Source: Isurus oxyrinchus (lineage: Eukaryota). Taken from it: DNA of 64,000 bases. The stretch spans positions 70,928,001-70,992,000 of the forward strand of contig JANJGN010000014.1 in NCBI GenBank assembly GCA_026770705.1, given 5' to 3'. Below, piece after piece: positions 1 to 13,600 of the stretch. Positions within the stretch are counted from its first letter, which is position 1; each line of letters starts with the position of its first letter. Under the pieces are notes generated by a model, which saw only the letters and a program-made list of their open reading frames with translations, was not told where the DNA came from and did no database searches. The translations under genes and the position numbers were made by a program.

Positions 1-2104
1 TTCGATTTAATGAAAAAGTTGTAATTAAAGCATTTTCATTGATTCTTGTCTGCCTGGTTCTTTGCTGGTTTAGAATTTAACGGTACATGATACTGAGTTG
101 AAGTGAGAGTCGGCAAAACAGTAACTTGGCGGTATGATCGCAGCTTTGTCATCAGTAAAACAGCGCTGCATTTGTCATCGGCGAATAACTGAATTAATAG
201 GTTATTGTTTTAATGCATAATTTATTAAAAAAGGAAACGAACGTTGACTTTACACACGTGACGACAGCGCAAATTCAATTTCCAGAAGTGTTTTGTGACA
301 AAAGCAACGGAAGCAATAAATGCCGAGGTGCATATTGTAAAATATCTCCAACCAACTTAGCAAAATCCTTTTTCAAAGACATTTGCATTTGACATAGTAA
401 TTTATGCAGTTTAATTACATCTTTAGAAAGAAGTTTAGGAACAGAGCTGTCATATGCCACTAGGACGCTATACTGTAACTTAGATTAAGATCTTATATTA
501 TTCTTCAGCGTTACACAGTAAAATGTTTACTTACAATTTGTTTTTAATATTTACATTAATAATTAAACTTTTACACGTCGTTGTTAAACGGCCAGCAATA
601 AAAAGCCAGTCAATGCTAGTACTTTATTGCATTGTACTATCTATCTTATACATGTCTTTAATACGGTACCCTATTATTGTCATACTAACCTCAAATCAGC
701 AAATCAGAACTGTGCCACTTTATTACATTATAAAATGGTACCGATAGTGAAAATACAGTTTGTTCTCGTTCTGGGTAGAAATCACAACCATTTACTATTT
801 AAATGAGTAAAACAGGCTCTTCTAGTTTTGTGGATAATCAGTTAACAGACTGCTATAAGAAAGAAATACTCATTTTCTGTAAAATAAAATCCCCGTAGGT
901 TCAAATGAGACATTTGTTTCATCTTTTAAAGCAAAACATCTACTAAAAAATGAAGCACCAAACGCTCATGAATATAGTTTCTGTAGACGTGAGTACCTGC
1001 AATTGTTCTAGCTGAATCTCATTTACAGACTTTCCATTACGTTTCAAAGAAAACAAAATATATGACTCGTGGTATTCAACATAAGCTCAGGCCTCTATTT
1101 CGCTGTGTACAAATAGGCAGCAGATGCCATGACAGCCGGCATTGTTTGCAATAAAGCACAACTAAACCGTAAAATCTACGCCATTTCATGACACTCAACT
1201 ACGCCTTAATAATAATCTTATCGCAGTGTTACTAACGTTTACCCCCACCTCCAAAATACAGCCGGTACAAATTTCTGCACCTGAAGTTTATCATAGTTGC
1301 TCCAAAATGTTAAAGCTAATCCGAATAGAAGGTCAGTATATCTGCCTACTACAACTTATGACTGTCGCCTGGTAGCACAGAGTAAGAAGCAAAGGGCGCT
1401 ATTCATCAAATATATATGACAGTTACATTCATTTGCTATCTTAGCAGAAACAAAACTAAAATTATTTACCTACCAAGCTTCCATTTTTCAGTTCCTGGCA
1501 ACGAACCACAACAGCAAAGTGAAATAGCGGACCATTTGTATATAATATTCTTGGGATCTGTTCACTTTTCAAGTGTGATAGAGTCCTTTGCTTGGCCGAT
1601 TAATGACGACGCCGTGTTTCTTTCGGGACGTACTGCATTAATTATTTAGTAAATCACGTGGCCGAATCAAATATAAAAGGATACATAAAATCTTACCACC
1701 TCTGCTGGACATAATGATAAAATGTAAAAGTCTTTATCATTTGAGAAATATTTGGTTGGTAAATATGTTTTAAAATTCTAAAGGGAAAGACTAACAAATA
1801 TGGCTGTTTAGTAGCGTTGGGTTGCATCAGCTTTGTCCCATTTTGAATGACCAGCCTATGGCATGGTCGCATTGACTCTTTGCCTTCCTTTCAGCTGTTT
1901 CTCTTTCCAGACTAGAAGCGAAATAACGGGGCGGTGTATATACAACAATAACAATACAGCAAATATTATTCATTTAAGTTTAAGTTTATTCGGATTTGTT
2001 CAGTGAAACCAGATATTAAGATTGTTTCATATTTAAGAAAGTTAAATAATACAAGGTGGGTCATTTAATGCATTTATTTGCCCCTTAGACGTGCAGAGAG
2101 CTAA

Positions 2105-2295
2105 ATACATGCGTGTACAGAAAGTGCACATGTGCATTATCACATACACACCCACGTATATAAACATTCATACATACATACATACATGTAAACATATACA
2201 GGACCATATCCACATATGTACACATTCACACATGCATATGTACATATATGCACACACACAAAAACATATGCATGCGTAAAAATAGATACATGCAT
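2105..2295. repeat. Degenerate CA/TA simple repeat
   Basis: CATACATACATACATACATGTA...CACACACA low-complexity purine/pyrimidine alternation. Confidence 0.85.
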
Positions 2296-3911
2296 TGAAG
2301 CGGCACACAGCTAGATATAAGGGTTATATGTGGCCGTGGGAGCTGTGCTGTGCGTCGATAGATATAAATATGCAAGTTGATTGATTGTGATTGATATGAT
2401 ATGTGACGTTGTGAATTTTGAATGATATAACAGTTCAGAAATCATGATGTTGTTTACTTTTATGTTCTATGTTTCCCAATTTAGCGCACTCGATATTTAT
2501 GTGACAAATTATGTCGTGTAAAAACTTGAAAATAATTAAGATTCTGAATTTAAAACATTTGAATTATAAATTGTAACCAGTGCCTACACTAATACGTGTA
2601 GCTGGATAGGTTAAATATTGATAAATTACATGGCTAAATGAATATGAGACGTTATCAATTGACCTTGGTGGTAACTGCGGTTAAAAGTGGGCTGCTTTTC
2701 AAGGAGATAGGTGTTGCACAAAAGTCAAAGTCATATACTGCTTACAGCTTCTTTTAGAATATATATGCTCAGGTAATTTAGATTGTACCTTGAAAAAGAC
2801 AACGTGTGCCGCTGATTAATTGTTACTTATTTTTGGCTTTTGGCATACATTGTTTCTCAGTTTCGGGTATTACTGCTTTACGAAATATTGCAAAATGTTT
2901 TTAAAAGTTCGTTTGTTTTCACTTTTTCTGGCTTGTTGTAAAACAGAGAGTGAATCTATTGCACTCAACTTTGATAGAAGACGGTGCAGATTTTTTGGTG
3001 GGGTGGGTGTGGGGGGGTGGGGGGTGGGGGGGGGGGTGATTATGAACTATAGTTTAGCAATAACATGGGCCAGCCCAAAGCACCTACATGACAGGATGCT
3101 GTGTCCACTCGGTGTTGAAAATGTGCCTCCTTTAATTACAAAATGAATAATGACGAAATTATGCTGACTTTATCTACAATAAGGATGCAAGAGTGCTAGA
3201 GAATAGAATTATTTACAAGTGCATAACTGGATGTTTTTTGTTTTCTAATATTCTTTTTATTGTTTTACTATTATGCATGTTGCCATGGAATTTAAGTGGC
3301 ATGAGTAGAATTGAATTTTGGCTTAACAAACAAATATGGACCATCATTCGACACAAACGCCAACCGCTGCAACGCGATTTCGAGTATTTTGAACATGTCA
3401 ACAAACGTGGCAAAACTATATCTTTATGGCGCATACATGGAAAAAAATTAGTGGGAATCTCAATGCATATATTAGAAGATGAATGTTTGGGAGTGTTTCT
3501 GAACGTTTTCGTTATTCAAGCATCATAGAAAAGGGAAGCAGGAACATATTGAGTTGAAAATAAGCAACGTTTGAAGCTGAGTAAATCAACAACTTCTACG
3601 TTCTGTCATTAGAGATAAAGTGTAGGCAACGGCTGAAATGTCACTTCTGCAAAGGTGGAGGGACAGGAGAGAAATGAGTTTAGAGGCTCCGTGCATTATA
3701 TTAAAATCTGCATCTCCTGAGAAAGGATGCAGAAGTTACCCCTGCAGAAATTGGATTAGTTCATACGTGAGAAACTATTTCAACTGGCTTTAACTAGAGG
3801 GTGTCTGTGTTAAAACACATAGAAAAAGCGAAGGGTAGGATTGAGTCCAAAAGGTCAAGGGTTTAGAGGTCAGTCCTCCAGGCTGAAATACAGCTAATCG
3901 AATAGAAAATT

Positions 3912-3928
3912 TGTCCTCTTGGTGAACC
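3912..3928 (-). promoter_or_regulatory. DR5 retinoic acid response element 3' of HoxD4
   Basis: Minus strand GGTTCA-ccaag-AGGACA; same half-sites and position as the Hox4 3' neural-enhancer RARE. Confidence 0.85.
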
Positions 3929-6399
3929 TGTTTCTACAGTTTAGCCGAACTTCAGTAAAATACCTTTTCAGCTTCTCAACATGAAGGCGTCAGAAAAGGA
4001 CATCTTTGCTACGCGTGAACCTTAGCGTTTTGTACTGGAGACAATGATTTAAATGGTATAGAGAATATCACTCATTTATAATATCAAGACGTGGATATAT
4101 TATAGTAATGTCATGTGCAAGTCTGAGAACTACACAGCTTATCCTATAAAGAACAAAGAATCTTGGAATTCGCCTTTTCAAATAGACCATGTCCAGCTAA
4201 GCCAGCTGCAGGCTTGCAGGCCAGTAAAGGGACAGGAAAAAGAGCTGCACCGCCAAATTTCTTTTGTTAGTGAATGCTATAAAATCGAGTTGAGCATTGA
4301 AATTTCCTAGGAAATAGATTTTCTTGACTTGTATTTTGACGGAATTCTGGCATTGCCCTCTAAATTGCTGTGTGATTGCGAATAATGATTTCCTGAGAGT
4401 TGGTTTGGCTCGGTTTCCTTTTAGAGGATTAGATAGCCCATTAACACAAACCCCTCCGGACTTTTTCCCCTTACATACACTTTCTACCAAGCTTCAATTA
4501 TTTTAAGGCAACATTGCGGACACTCGCCATCTTTCTTTTCCAAAGCTCCAATTTTACAGATGAGAGAAATAAAAGGGCCTAAACTTAAGACATTTAATTT
4601 ATTCGTGTCTTTAATAATGCGTATGGAGATAACCTTCAATTGTAATCACACAGCTAAACTCAACATCGGCCCCCATTTTTGCTGTCATGGCTATCATAAA
4701 TCAGGGAATGCACGCTTCATTGCGAGGAGGCTGTATATCTAAAGCTTGGACAATTCCTCAAAAAAAACCTACATTAAATGTACCCGGAAGGGTTTTGTGA
4801 GAATTGAATATATATTTTTAAATTTAGCTTATGGAGGTAATAAAATCATGAAAACAGTAACGTATGTTCGAATATCTAATAAACTCTTCCTTTATGGCAC
4901 AACGGGCACTTTATTCCGTTTAAACATCTGGATATCCTGCAATGAATGACCGTTTTAAAACATTGCATAAAGGAACTGAATGCGAAATCTCCATGACATA
5001 CCAATGTGCCACTGATTGATATCGTGAGAATATTGGCACAGCACATACAATCTTGTGTTTCAGGAAGTTCTGACTCGTTTCGCCTGGTTGTAACATAACA
5101 TTAGCTTCCTTAAAACTGCCAGAAACAACGATCTTCAGCAATTTGTGTTTAGGTGTAAATTACCTAATTGAAGAGCCTCTCGGCTATTGTCCTTGCCTCT
5201 CTAAATCAACCACCAGTGTGTCTTTACAGATTAATAGGCTGGAAAAACGAATAGGGCTCTTCACAAAGCAAAATATACACGGTGTAGACCGTTTCTGTTT
5301 CTAAACTGTGTACCTTGTCGTATTGTTGTTCGCTCATCCGTTCTGGAGAAAATCGAAAGGAAACACATTCCCACTTGTAATACTAAACGTTCACAGATTG
5401 GTGTAACCAACTTACTCATTTATCAACCAACAACCCGAGAAACAGAGTTTAACAAGCGCCCTGAACACAAAGTACTGTTGCAATATTTCACTAACCGCAT
5501 TTCTCTTTCAGAAACCTTGCTTTAGATAACATCGGTTGGTGTCTTTACCTATTTGATATTGAATTGGGAATCACTGCATTTTTGGCACTTTGTATTCTTG
5601 TATGTAAGGTCTAGTTTCATGACATTTGTTCACGACAGCGTCGCAACATAAGCGGTATTCATATATAAGAATACAAGTCCAGAAACCAAAAAAAAGGAAA
5701 ACTACTCACGCTATTCAGCTTATTACTACTAAATTTATTTTTTGAACTTTAGTAGTGCGTACGAATTTTGGTATCGTTCTTGAACATAAAAATGTATGCA
5801 ATCTTGCATTGTAGGCTTGTAACAATAATCCATCCAGCAGCACAATTACAAATACCATTTTCTCATTTTAAATAAAGAAACCACAAAACACTGTCTAATT
5901 CCTGATCACTATAAATCTCGAATATCAACACAATATACACAAAGAGATGGAATCGCAAAAATACACATTACAAGCAAAAATAGTTGTGGAAAACAGAAAT
6001 TACCACAACAAATCACTGGGCCTTCATTGTAAAATAAAAAAGACCATGAACAAGCGTCGCAGCCTTTCATTTTCATGCGAGCAGACTACACATGTACCTT
6101 CCTGGAGTGTACACCTCACCATGTCTTCACGACTTAGTGCCTCGCACTTGTTAAGGTTACTAAGGTGTGCTGTGTGATAAGAATAGCCACTGACTAAAAT
6201 CGAAATGGTTTCAGCTGCGACTTTTCCTTTTTGTTTCATTTCCTACATTTAAGAACAAAGGTGAGGCATAAGACAAGGTCCCTTCAATGCCATAAAAATC
6301 AGCAGGAAAGCACCTACAAGCCATGTTATCGGTACATGCAATTTCTGCCTGGAAATGTCCCATTATATACACTTAAAGAGCCACTTATAAGATGTGCTT

Positions 6400-6710
6400 C
6401 TATAAACTTGTGAGGTCTGTTTGTTGGTCCTTGGAAACAGTTTGTAACTGTTGATTTGAAGTAGAGGAAGAACCAGAGGATCTGGTCTTTGTGTTAGGCA
6501 GTTTGTGATCTTTTTTCCACTTCATTCTTCTGTTCTGAAACCAAATTTTGATCTGGCGTTCGGAAAGACATAAAGTGTGAGCTATTTCAATTCGACGTCG
6601 TCTTGTCAGATACCTGTTAAAATGGAATTCCTTTTCGAGTTCTAAAACCTGCTGCCTTGTGTAGGCAGTTCGTGAACGTTTTGGTTCCCCTCCTGAGTAA
6701 TTAGGGTTCA
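6400..6710 (-). CDS. hoxd4: HoxD4 exon 2 (homeodomain)
   Basis: Acceptor tttttcAG at 6712-6711; reads [75 protein letters not shown] (paralogue group 4); TAG at 6402-6400. Confidence 0.96.
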
Positions 6711-6969
6711 CTGAAAAACAAAACAATTCAACAACCATTCAAATCCGGACCGAAAGTTTGTCAAACGGCTTTCACTACACAATCCTAAAGGCAACGCCTG
6801 GGCGCACATTGCACAGTAACAGTATCTCTGGTGAGAAGTTCAAATATATATATTATTACCAAGGATCACTTTAAAGTTCTTTCGGAATTGGAGATATAAC
6901 ATGTCCCTGTTACTCTCAGGCTCGAGTTTTCACAAGGAGTCAGCCACATGGCCAGCGGCCTATTTCCTC

Positions 6970-7060
6970 AGCAATAAAAATTTATGATGGGTGTAATTGC
7001 CGGTCTTTTTAAAAACCGCTCATAAATCCTCCCTTGAAGGAGTTATTTACGGTAGACCTG
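6970..7060. promoter_or_regulatory. Hox4 intronic homeodomain-site cluster (HB1-like element)
   Basis: CAATAAAAATTTATGATGGGTGTAATTG...CATAAA...TATTTACGG inside the HoxD4 intron; clustered TTAT/TAAT sites as described for Hox4 introns. Confidence 0.7.
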
Positions 7061-7156
7061 TATCAATGGGTCACAAATATTTGCCAGGGATGGCGATGCA
7101 GCAGGGGGGTGGGGTGGGTGGGAAGAGGTGGGGGAGAACCAAAAAGTGGACCTTAC

Positions 7157-7568
7157 CGGTGTTAACGTGGATTTTCTTCATCCAAGGATAAACCACTGCT
7201 GGCTGTTTGGTTGCTGTGCCGTTTTGGTTCTTTGGATTATGTTGCTGCTGGCTGCAAGGCCGGCCTATGGACACTTGGAGCGGTGCAACGGGCTCTCCCT
7301 GCCCTGTGAGGTGGTTCTGAGGAGCGGGCTGTGCCTGCAGATGACCCCTCTGCTGCACTGGAGAGCCCCGAGCGTTGCTGCAGCTGTACGACTGGCCGCT
7401 GTAGTTTGACCGTGGATAGATTCCTTGGTGCTGAAAATCAGAATCCTGCGACTGGCTGTAATACTCTGAGCAGTGGTCAGGTATGTAGTTATTTTGCGAG
7501 TATTCCTCGCAAGGAGGAAATTTGGGATCCACATATTTAGTGTTCATCAAATACGAACTCATGGTCAT
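7157..7568 (-). CDS. hoxd4: HoxD4 exon 1
   Basis: ATG at 7568, [25 protein letters not shown]...[14 protein letters not shown]; donor G|GTAAGG at 7156. Spliced product 240 aa. Confidence 0.96.
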
Positions 7569-8917
7569 TAATTTCTGAAGGTGGAAAATACTAATTTTTC
7601 TCCAGTTGTCTTTTTTCCCGAGCCATAAAGCCCTCCTACTTGCTGTCAACTGAATAAAGTTAGTCACCCATGTGACTGTACGAGCCAATGGCGAGGTCGG
7701 GCCCGATTCCCGGATAAGGAAACAGCTAATGACAATTTTTTACAAACTTCGTCCAGAAAACCTTGTTTTAAAAATAAATTAAAAACTGCAAGGTCTTGAT
7801 TTTTTTTCAGCAGCCACTATTTGAAATAGATTCCGGAAAATGCACATAATAGAGGTTTCCATTTGGAGCGAATAATGACCACTCACTGAGCCCCCGAATA
7901 TTGCTCAGGTAATTTGCTCTTTTGTCAAAACAGAATTTTTCCACCATTCCTTGCCGCTTTTCAAATAAACCAAGGAGAGCGAATGCATTCGACGTGTTTG
8001 TATTTGTTGTTGCTGTTTTCTCCCGAGAGCAGCATGGCAATAGCGAGGGTTCTTGGAGAAATGGCCAGCAATCCAACGTACGCAGGATGACAAAGGAAGA
8101 ATCCCGTTAGCCAAAAAAAGGGATAACAGAGCTGAGGAAAATAATTACAGCCATTACCGATGCAGAAAGGTCATTTGGACAAAGTTATTCAAAGGCAAAC
8201 ATGGCCTACTCCGATAAAGTCAGGACAAGGCTTTCCGTTTCACATAAAGCACTTTGCAAATGCTGCTTAAGGACATTGTAAGATCAAAAATACTTTGTTC
8301 TGAAAGTTTAAAATATTGGAAGAGTAGGATATAAGTTTTATATCTGATGGCCTTAAGCGTTCACGCTCCAATTTCTTCACTATTCGTTTTTCTCCTTTCA
8401 CATTCACTCACATCTGTTATCCCTTTAAACTATTGCAATAACTAACTCTACTACTTGTAGTATGTACAATTCGAATTTTAAGTTTTTAACTAAGACGTAT
8501 TCTGCTCCGATTTAATTCAGAAGCATCGTAAGTTGAACAAACGTGATACGAAACCACAAGCCAATCTTTGTAGATAATTTATCGTCATCGCCATGGAAAC
8601 AGGCAGCTTGAGAAAAAAATACTTAAATTTCAGTAATCTTAGATTTCCGGAGAGTAAATCCGGAAGTTTAGAAACGACTACATTCTCACTAATGATCAGT
8701 AAATCAACACGTTAAACATCACAGTTCGATTGCAAAGGGGAACTAAAACAAGCCATTCAATGCTGAGCGGCGAGATCTAAAAGCCTACTCAATATTGAAA
8801 ACTGGATTCAAAACAAAAAGAGGCCATTCCTAATGAAATCATTCAGTATTACTTAGAACTAAATCACTCTAGCAGTAAAAGCCACGAAGAGCAAATTGTT
8901 GATTTTCGTAGTGTTGG

Positions 8918-9000
8918 CATCGACCATAGACTCCCCTAGAAACGAATCTGTGACCGAAACATCACACAAATTCGGTTCTACAGGGTATATATAGACGACG
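8918..9000 (-). ncRNA. mir10b: miR-10b precursor
   Basis: Mature TACCCTGTAGAACCGAATTTGTG at 8987-8965; complementary 3p arm ACAGATTCGTTTCTAGGGGAGT at 8951-8930; about 1.4 kb upstream of the Hox4 ATG, the canonical location. Confidence 0.97.
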
Positions 9001-10620
9001 GGTTGCAAAGAAATTCGGTGACTAGTTACAATATGGGAAAGTAGTTTAAAAAGCTGCGGTTGCAAGCGGACTCCAAGGAGTTAATGGCGTGTAATATTAA
9101 TAAATAAGAGAATAAAATTCAGACAAAGCGATTGCTAAATAATTTAATTGCTTAGCCATTGAAAAATAATAGAAGTCGTTCCTTTATATCTGGTAGGTGA
9201 TAGCAAACATTTCTATGTACGTTGTTCGGCAGTAGCAGCAGCATGAATCAGCGCGGAGCTGGTTTGTGCATATAATCTACAAGGCAGAAGTTATTATTTG
9301 TTACTGTGCTGATGAACCCTTCGTATTTCACAGAGATTTTATAGGAAACAGTTTGTACCGATCCGCTCCAGCTAACATTACTAAGTGTCCCAGCGTGAAT
9401 CAATAATTGCTCCAGATGCTAATAATTTGAACTCACCACTAACAAACCGCAGGATGTTACAACAAATATCGCCCGGCCTAAACAATTCCTAAATCTAATC
9501 AAAATCAAGTTATACATGATAGCACAAATCATGTATATGATTTCAAAGTGTTTTCCACTCACTGCTACTTTCATAAAATGATAGCAGCCCAGGAAAATAA
9601 CGATTGTTTGTTCTATTCTAATCTCTCCCACTTTCTAAAAGCTGGATCAAATAATACTGCTGGCAGTATGCTTCAAAATCTAATTACCACCAGCCAATTG
9701 GATCGCCATATGCAGGAAAAAATATATACAATTTAATCTGCCAACTAACCAGATTCCCTTTGCCTTGAACATGTCTAAGGTGGTTTCTAAACTCTAATGC
9801 ATTGTAGGTTCCTTACTTTGCTCTACCCACTGTCCCTGTTGTGTGTTAAAGGCTGAAGGGCACGGGGTCAGACTGAAATCATTTACAAACACATCGGAAA
9901 GTTGCATTATTATTTTCACTTTAGCGAGCGCCACACGCCTGACCTTTTCTAGGTGTGTGAATCTTGCCTAACTAACTATTCAGCTAAGTATACAGTAATT
10001 CTGTCCTTATGTCTCTAGTTTAAAAAGCAGGCACACGAGAGACAGACTGAGAACAATTATATACGTACGCCAGCGAAAAAGACTAAGTGTATTCATAGTA
10101 CAAAGATTACACTTAAATGTTTTGCGATGCACTGATTAACAAAGTAACAGTGAAACTGTACTTTCTGACAGTAAATGGGAGTGTTCACTTGTTTATTTCT
10201 CTCCTGTTTCTGTCGTGCACAACAAAGGTTTCGGTTTATCTACGTTTTGGTGCAGGGCAGTCAAACTAATCCTCTTTAAATGTTCAACCCCGTATTTAAT
10301 CCCCGAGTAAATTCCTGTTTTGAATATTTTACCTCTTGTAAAACATCCATAAAGTCGCTAAAAGTTTGATCTTATTTACCTGTGATTTTTTTTCGTACTC
10401 CAGTGCATTAGGAAGGAAAAAAGCTAAACAGTTTTCGACAACCAATGACGCCAACGAATGCACCAGCAGTGATTTCTGCTTTTAAAAGCCTTTTTGCAAA
10501 GAAAATCCCAGATATCGTTACTTCATCCGATAATTGGGAAGCCAAATCTCTTTACTGTTCAAATTATCGCACATAGTGAAGCTGATTGGTGCTACACATT
10601 TTAATATTTGTTAGACGCTG

Positions 10621-10637
10621 TGACCTGCATTTCACCT
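10621..10637 (-). promoter_or_regulatory. DR5 RARE 5' of HoxD4
   Basis: Minus strand AGGTGA-aatgc-AGGTCA, matching the known Hoxd4 upstream RARE as I recall it. Confidence 0.88.
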
Positions 10638-13600
10638 TACTGCTCGACTCGTTCAGACAGGTCAATGCCAAAGAGTTATTGATGAACAAACCCGATTAAA
10701 ATTCACCTCTTTTTTAACTGCCCACACAAGTGCTGCGACTTTTGATCTAGCAGATTTTGACCTAGAGAATGTCAATGCAAAGTAAGTGTTTGGGAAGTGA
10801 ACCCTATATTTATTCATAGATTCAGTGGTTCAATGAAAGCTATTATTGTCATGAATCTGCTAAGGGCCTTCCTGCGTATAAATACAACGATTTAAAAAAC
10901 AAAATTGAATTTTTAAAAAGTTCACCTTTCTAGTGACCCAGAAAGCCATTTTCTTGCAGAAGTCCACCCAGCATAAGGAAGACTGTTTTGCTTTTCAGTA
11001 GCAATTACCCTTGATTACTTATCAACGCCTAGAGATTCACATTGTAAAACTTAGTGCTGAAACGAAGGATCCATTGCGCTGGCCCATTGCTTTACCAATA
11101 CCGGTTAAACATTATCTGGATCTAGTTAAAGTGAGTTCTTGTTTGACGTTTATCTCGTGGCGTATTTAGGCCGTTTCTTGGGCGGCAATAGTATCGGATA
11201 TTATGTGTAAAGATAGACTAACATCTGTAAAAGTCTGCATTTGATACCGTAGCAGTGATTATAATTAGCCGAGGTTAAGGGGTAATAGTAGACCATAGGT
11301 GAAAAGAAACACTGACAGTCCCTAGCTTGGAGTGGACAGAATATGGACATTTCTATTACTGGCTTGTGATAGCTAAATAGTAATACTGTCCCTTTGAAAT
11401 AAAGACCTGAACCTGCCTCATTTGATGATGCGGCGTTCTCGGTTTTGGTTACTTTGATATTGTTAGCTTTTCCTTAAATATACAGTTTTAAAATAATAGC
11501 TTTAAATTATCTTCATTAACCTATTAATAATAAGCTGTATCTTTCATAGTTAACAAGACAAGAAACTAATGAAACATGCTTAAGTTTAAAAGGTAACGAA
11601 ATTTTGTAATAAGTAATACGAACTTTTAATGAATAATTATTCTACCAATGACCTGGCGGACCATTACAAAAAGCATTTTAAATCATTAAAAGGTAAGCCT
11701 AGCCAATAGATACGCCAAGAAAAAGAATGCTGCGCTTTAGTTAAATGAATAGTTCAATTGATGCTCTGGCAGCCATAAGGCTTGATTTTTGGCCTACATG
11801 TTTACAGTGACTGTGATATCTGGAGAGCTTTGACATTTGCTTTCGCCCACACGTCTCTGTTGGCTCAGTAAGTGTGCACTTAAATATCTGCTATAATTAT
11901 TGCCACGTCATTCGACAAAGCAATTTTACAGATGTTTTGAAACCGGAACAATAATTTTCCTCCAAATGACCTTTTACAGATGTAGCCTTGCACTGGGAGG
12001 CGCTGTGTTGTACATTACCAGCTCAAAATAACAAGCCAACTAAATCTAACTCTGGATATACACTGTCACAGTTAGAGTTAAACACAAGAATACTTTAACT
12101 GATTTTACTCTGTTCCTATAAGGACCTAACCCTTTCAGGGAAATTGAATGGAGCAATATAATTCCTCCCTTGCCGTTATAGAAATCAAGCAGGCTACACG
12201 AAGAATATGAGTTGCGCACAATTGTTACTAGGATCATCTTTGAATCCACGTAACCGCTCCCTTTAGACCCACAATGTGACCATCTCATTTCCCATAGGAA
12301 CCACATTCGAAACAACCAACAGCTTCCAACTATTCGCCACACATTTAAGAAATAACACGCAGCTACTTACGGAAAATCCTCTTCCATTCTGCTAGGTCTG
12401 CAATAAAATAAAAACAAAATTAGATTCAACAGCTTTAAGTGCATCACACAATAAAGTTGGAATTCAGTACGATAAACGCGCACATGCGCTTTTTGACCCA
12501 AGCTAATATTAAAGTAACTGAAATATTGTTAACTTCCCGAGTTCAGGTAAGCGGCCTTCATATGGCAGTGGTTTTCACTATGATCTGCCATATAATTTCT
12601 GTTACTATTAGAACTGCGGGTTTTATTTTTATGGTGCAGCATTTTTAGCAAAAATTCGATCATTTATATACAGCGAATTTCATGCTTTGCCTATTAATTG
12701 GTTTAACACTGTCAGTTTCACTTTACATTGTTTAAGCATAGGAAACCCATATAATGTCATATATTCTAGGTAAAGAGTAATTTCAACCTTGGTTTTACAT
12801 TGTCCTACTCGTGTCTGGCAATGCACGTTTCAACCTTTCATGGATTAACATGGCCGTTCATTGAACTTTTAAAATACATCTATATGCATAAAACGTCCAT
12901 TTATAATGATAAGCGACATTAATATAAAAAAAAAGCTCTCCGTGGGCCGTAATCCACTCTCAAATATGTTCTGGTATATCTTGGCAGGTCATTTTTCTCG
13001 GTATTCTATTTGCTATTTTTTTCACTTGCGGATTTTATTGAACATTTAGAGCAGAAAAAGAACGTTTCACTCATGGTGCTAAACCGCCTCGATAACTTCG
13101 AAGAATTTCCAAATCTTTATTTTTTTTCATTTAATAAAAGTTTATTTCTAAAATTCTTCATTTAAGTAAAGTTGGTTAAAAAGGGCAGAACGCACTATTG
13201 TTTTAATTTTTAAAGCAAATCCGAATTAATTATGGATGTATTGCTCATATTTTCAGTTTTCACTGTAAACATTCTTCATCTCAACCCTTTGGGCTAAGCC
13301 TGTCCCCTGTCAGGTTTGATAGTTATCCATTTTTTTGCATCTAATATCGAAATTTTAGGTCTCATCTCACACTGTTTATGATTTCATAGACCCACTTTCT
13401 CCTGAAAACTTGTCATATCATTCTACATTTCCAGCAACATTTACGTAGGCCATAACTAATGTCAATGTGTAACAAAAACAATTAATAGGGCTAATTCATT
13501 TCGTATTGCCTCACCATCTGCGAGACACAAAAGTAGTTAAATGAAAATTCCGAACTAGTTCTCGCCGATTGCAGTGAAAGTTCTTACTGAGTTTATCAAC

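Noticed and set aside
7569-7688. N-terminal extensions in the ORF track for HoxD4 (similarly HoxD5, HoxD8, HoxD10)
   Set aside because: They begin at non-ATG codons in leader or promoter DNA; conserved Hox N-termini start at the downstream ATG.
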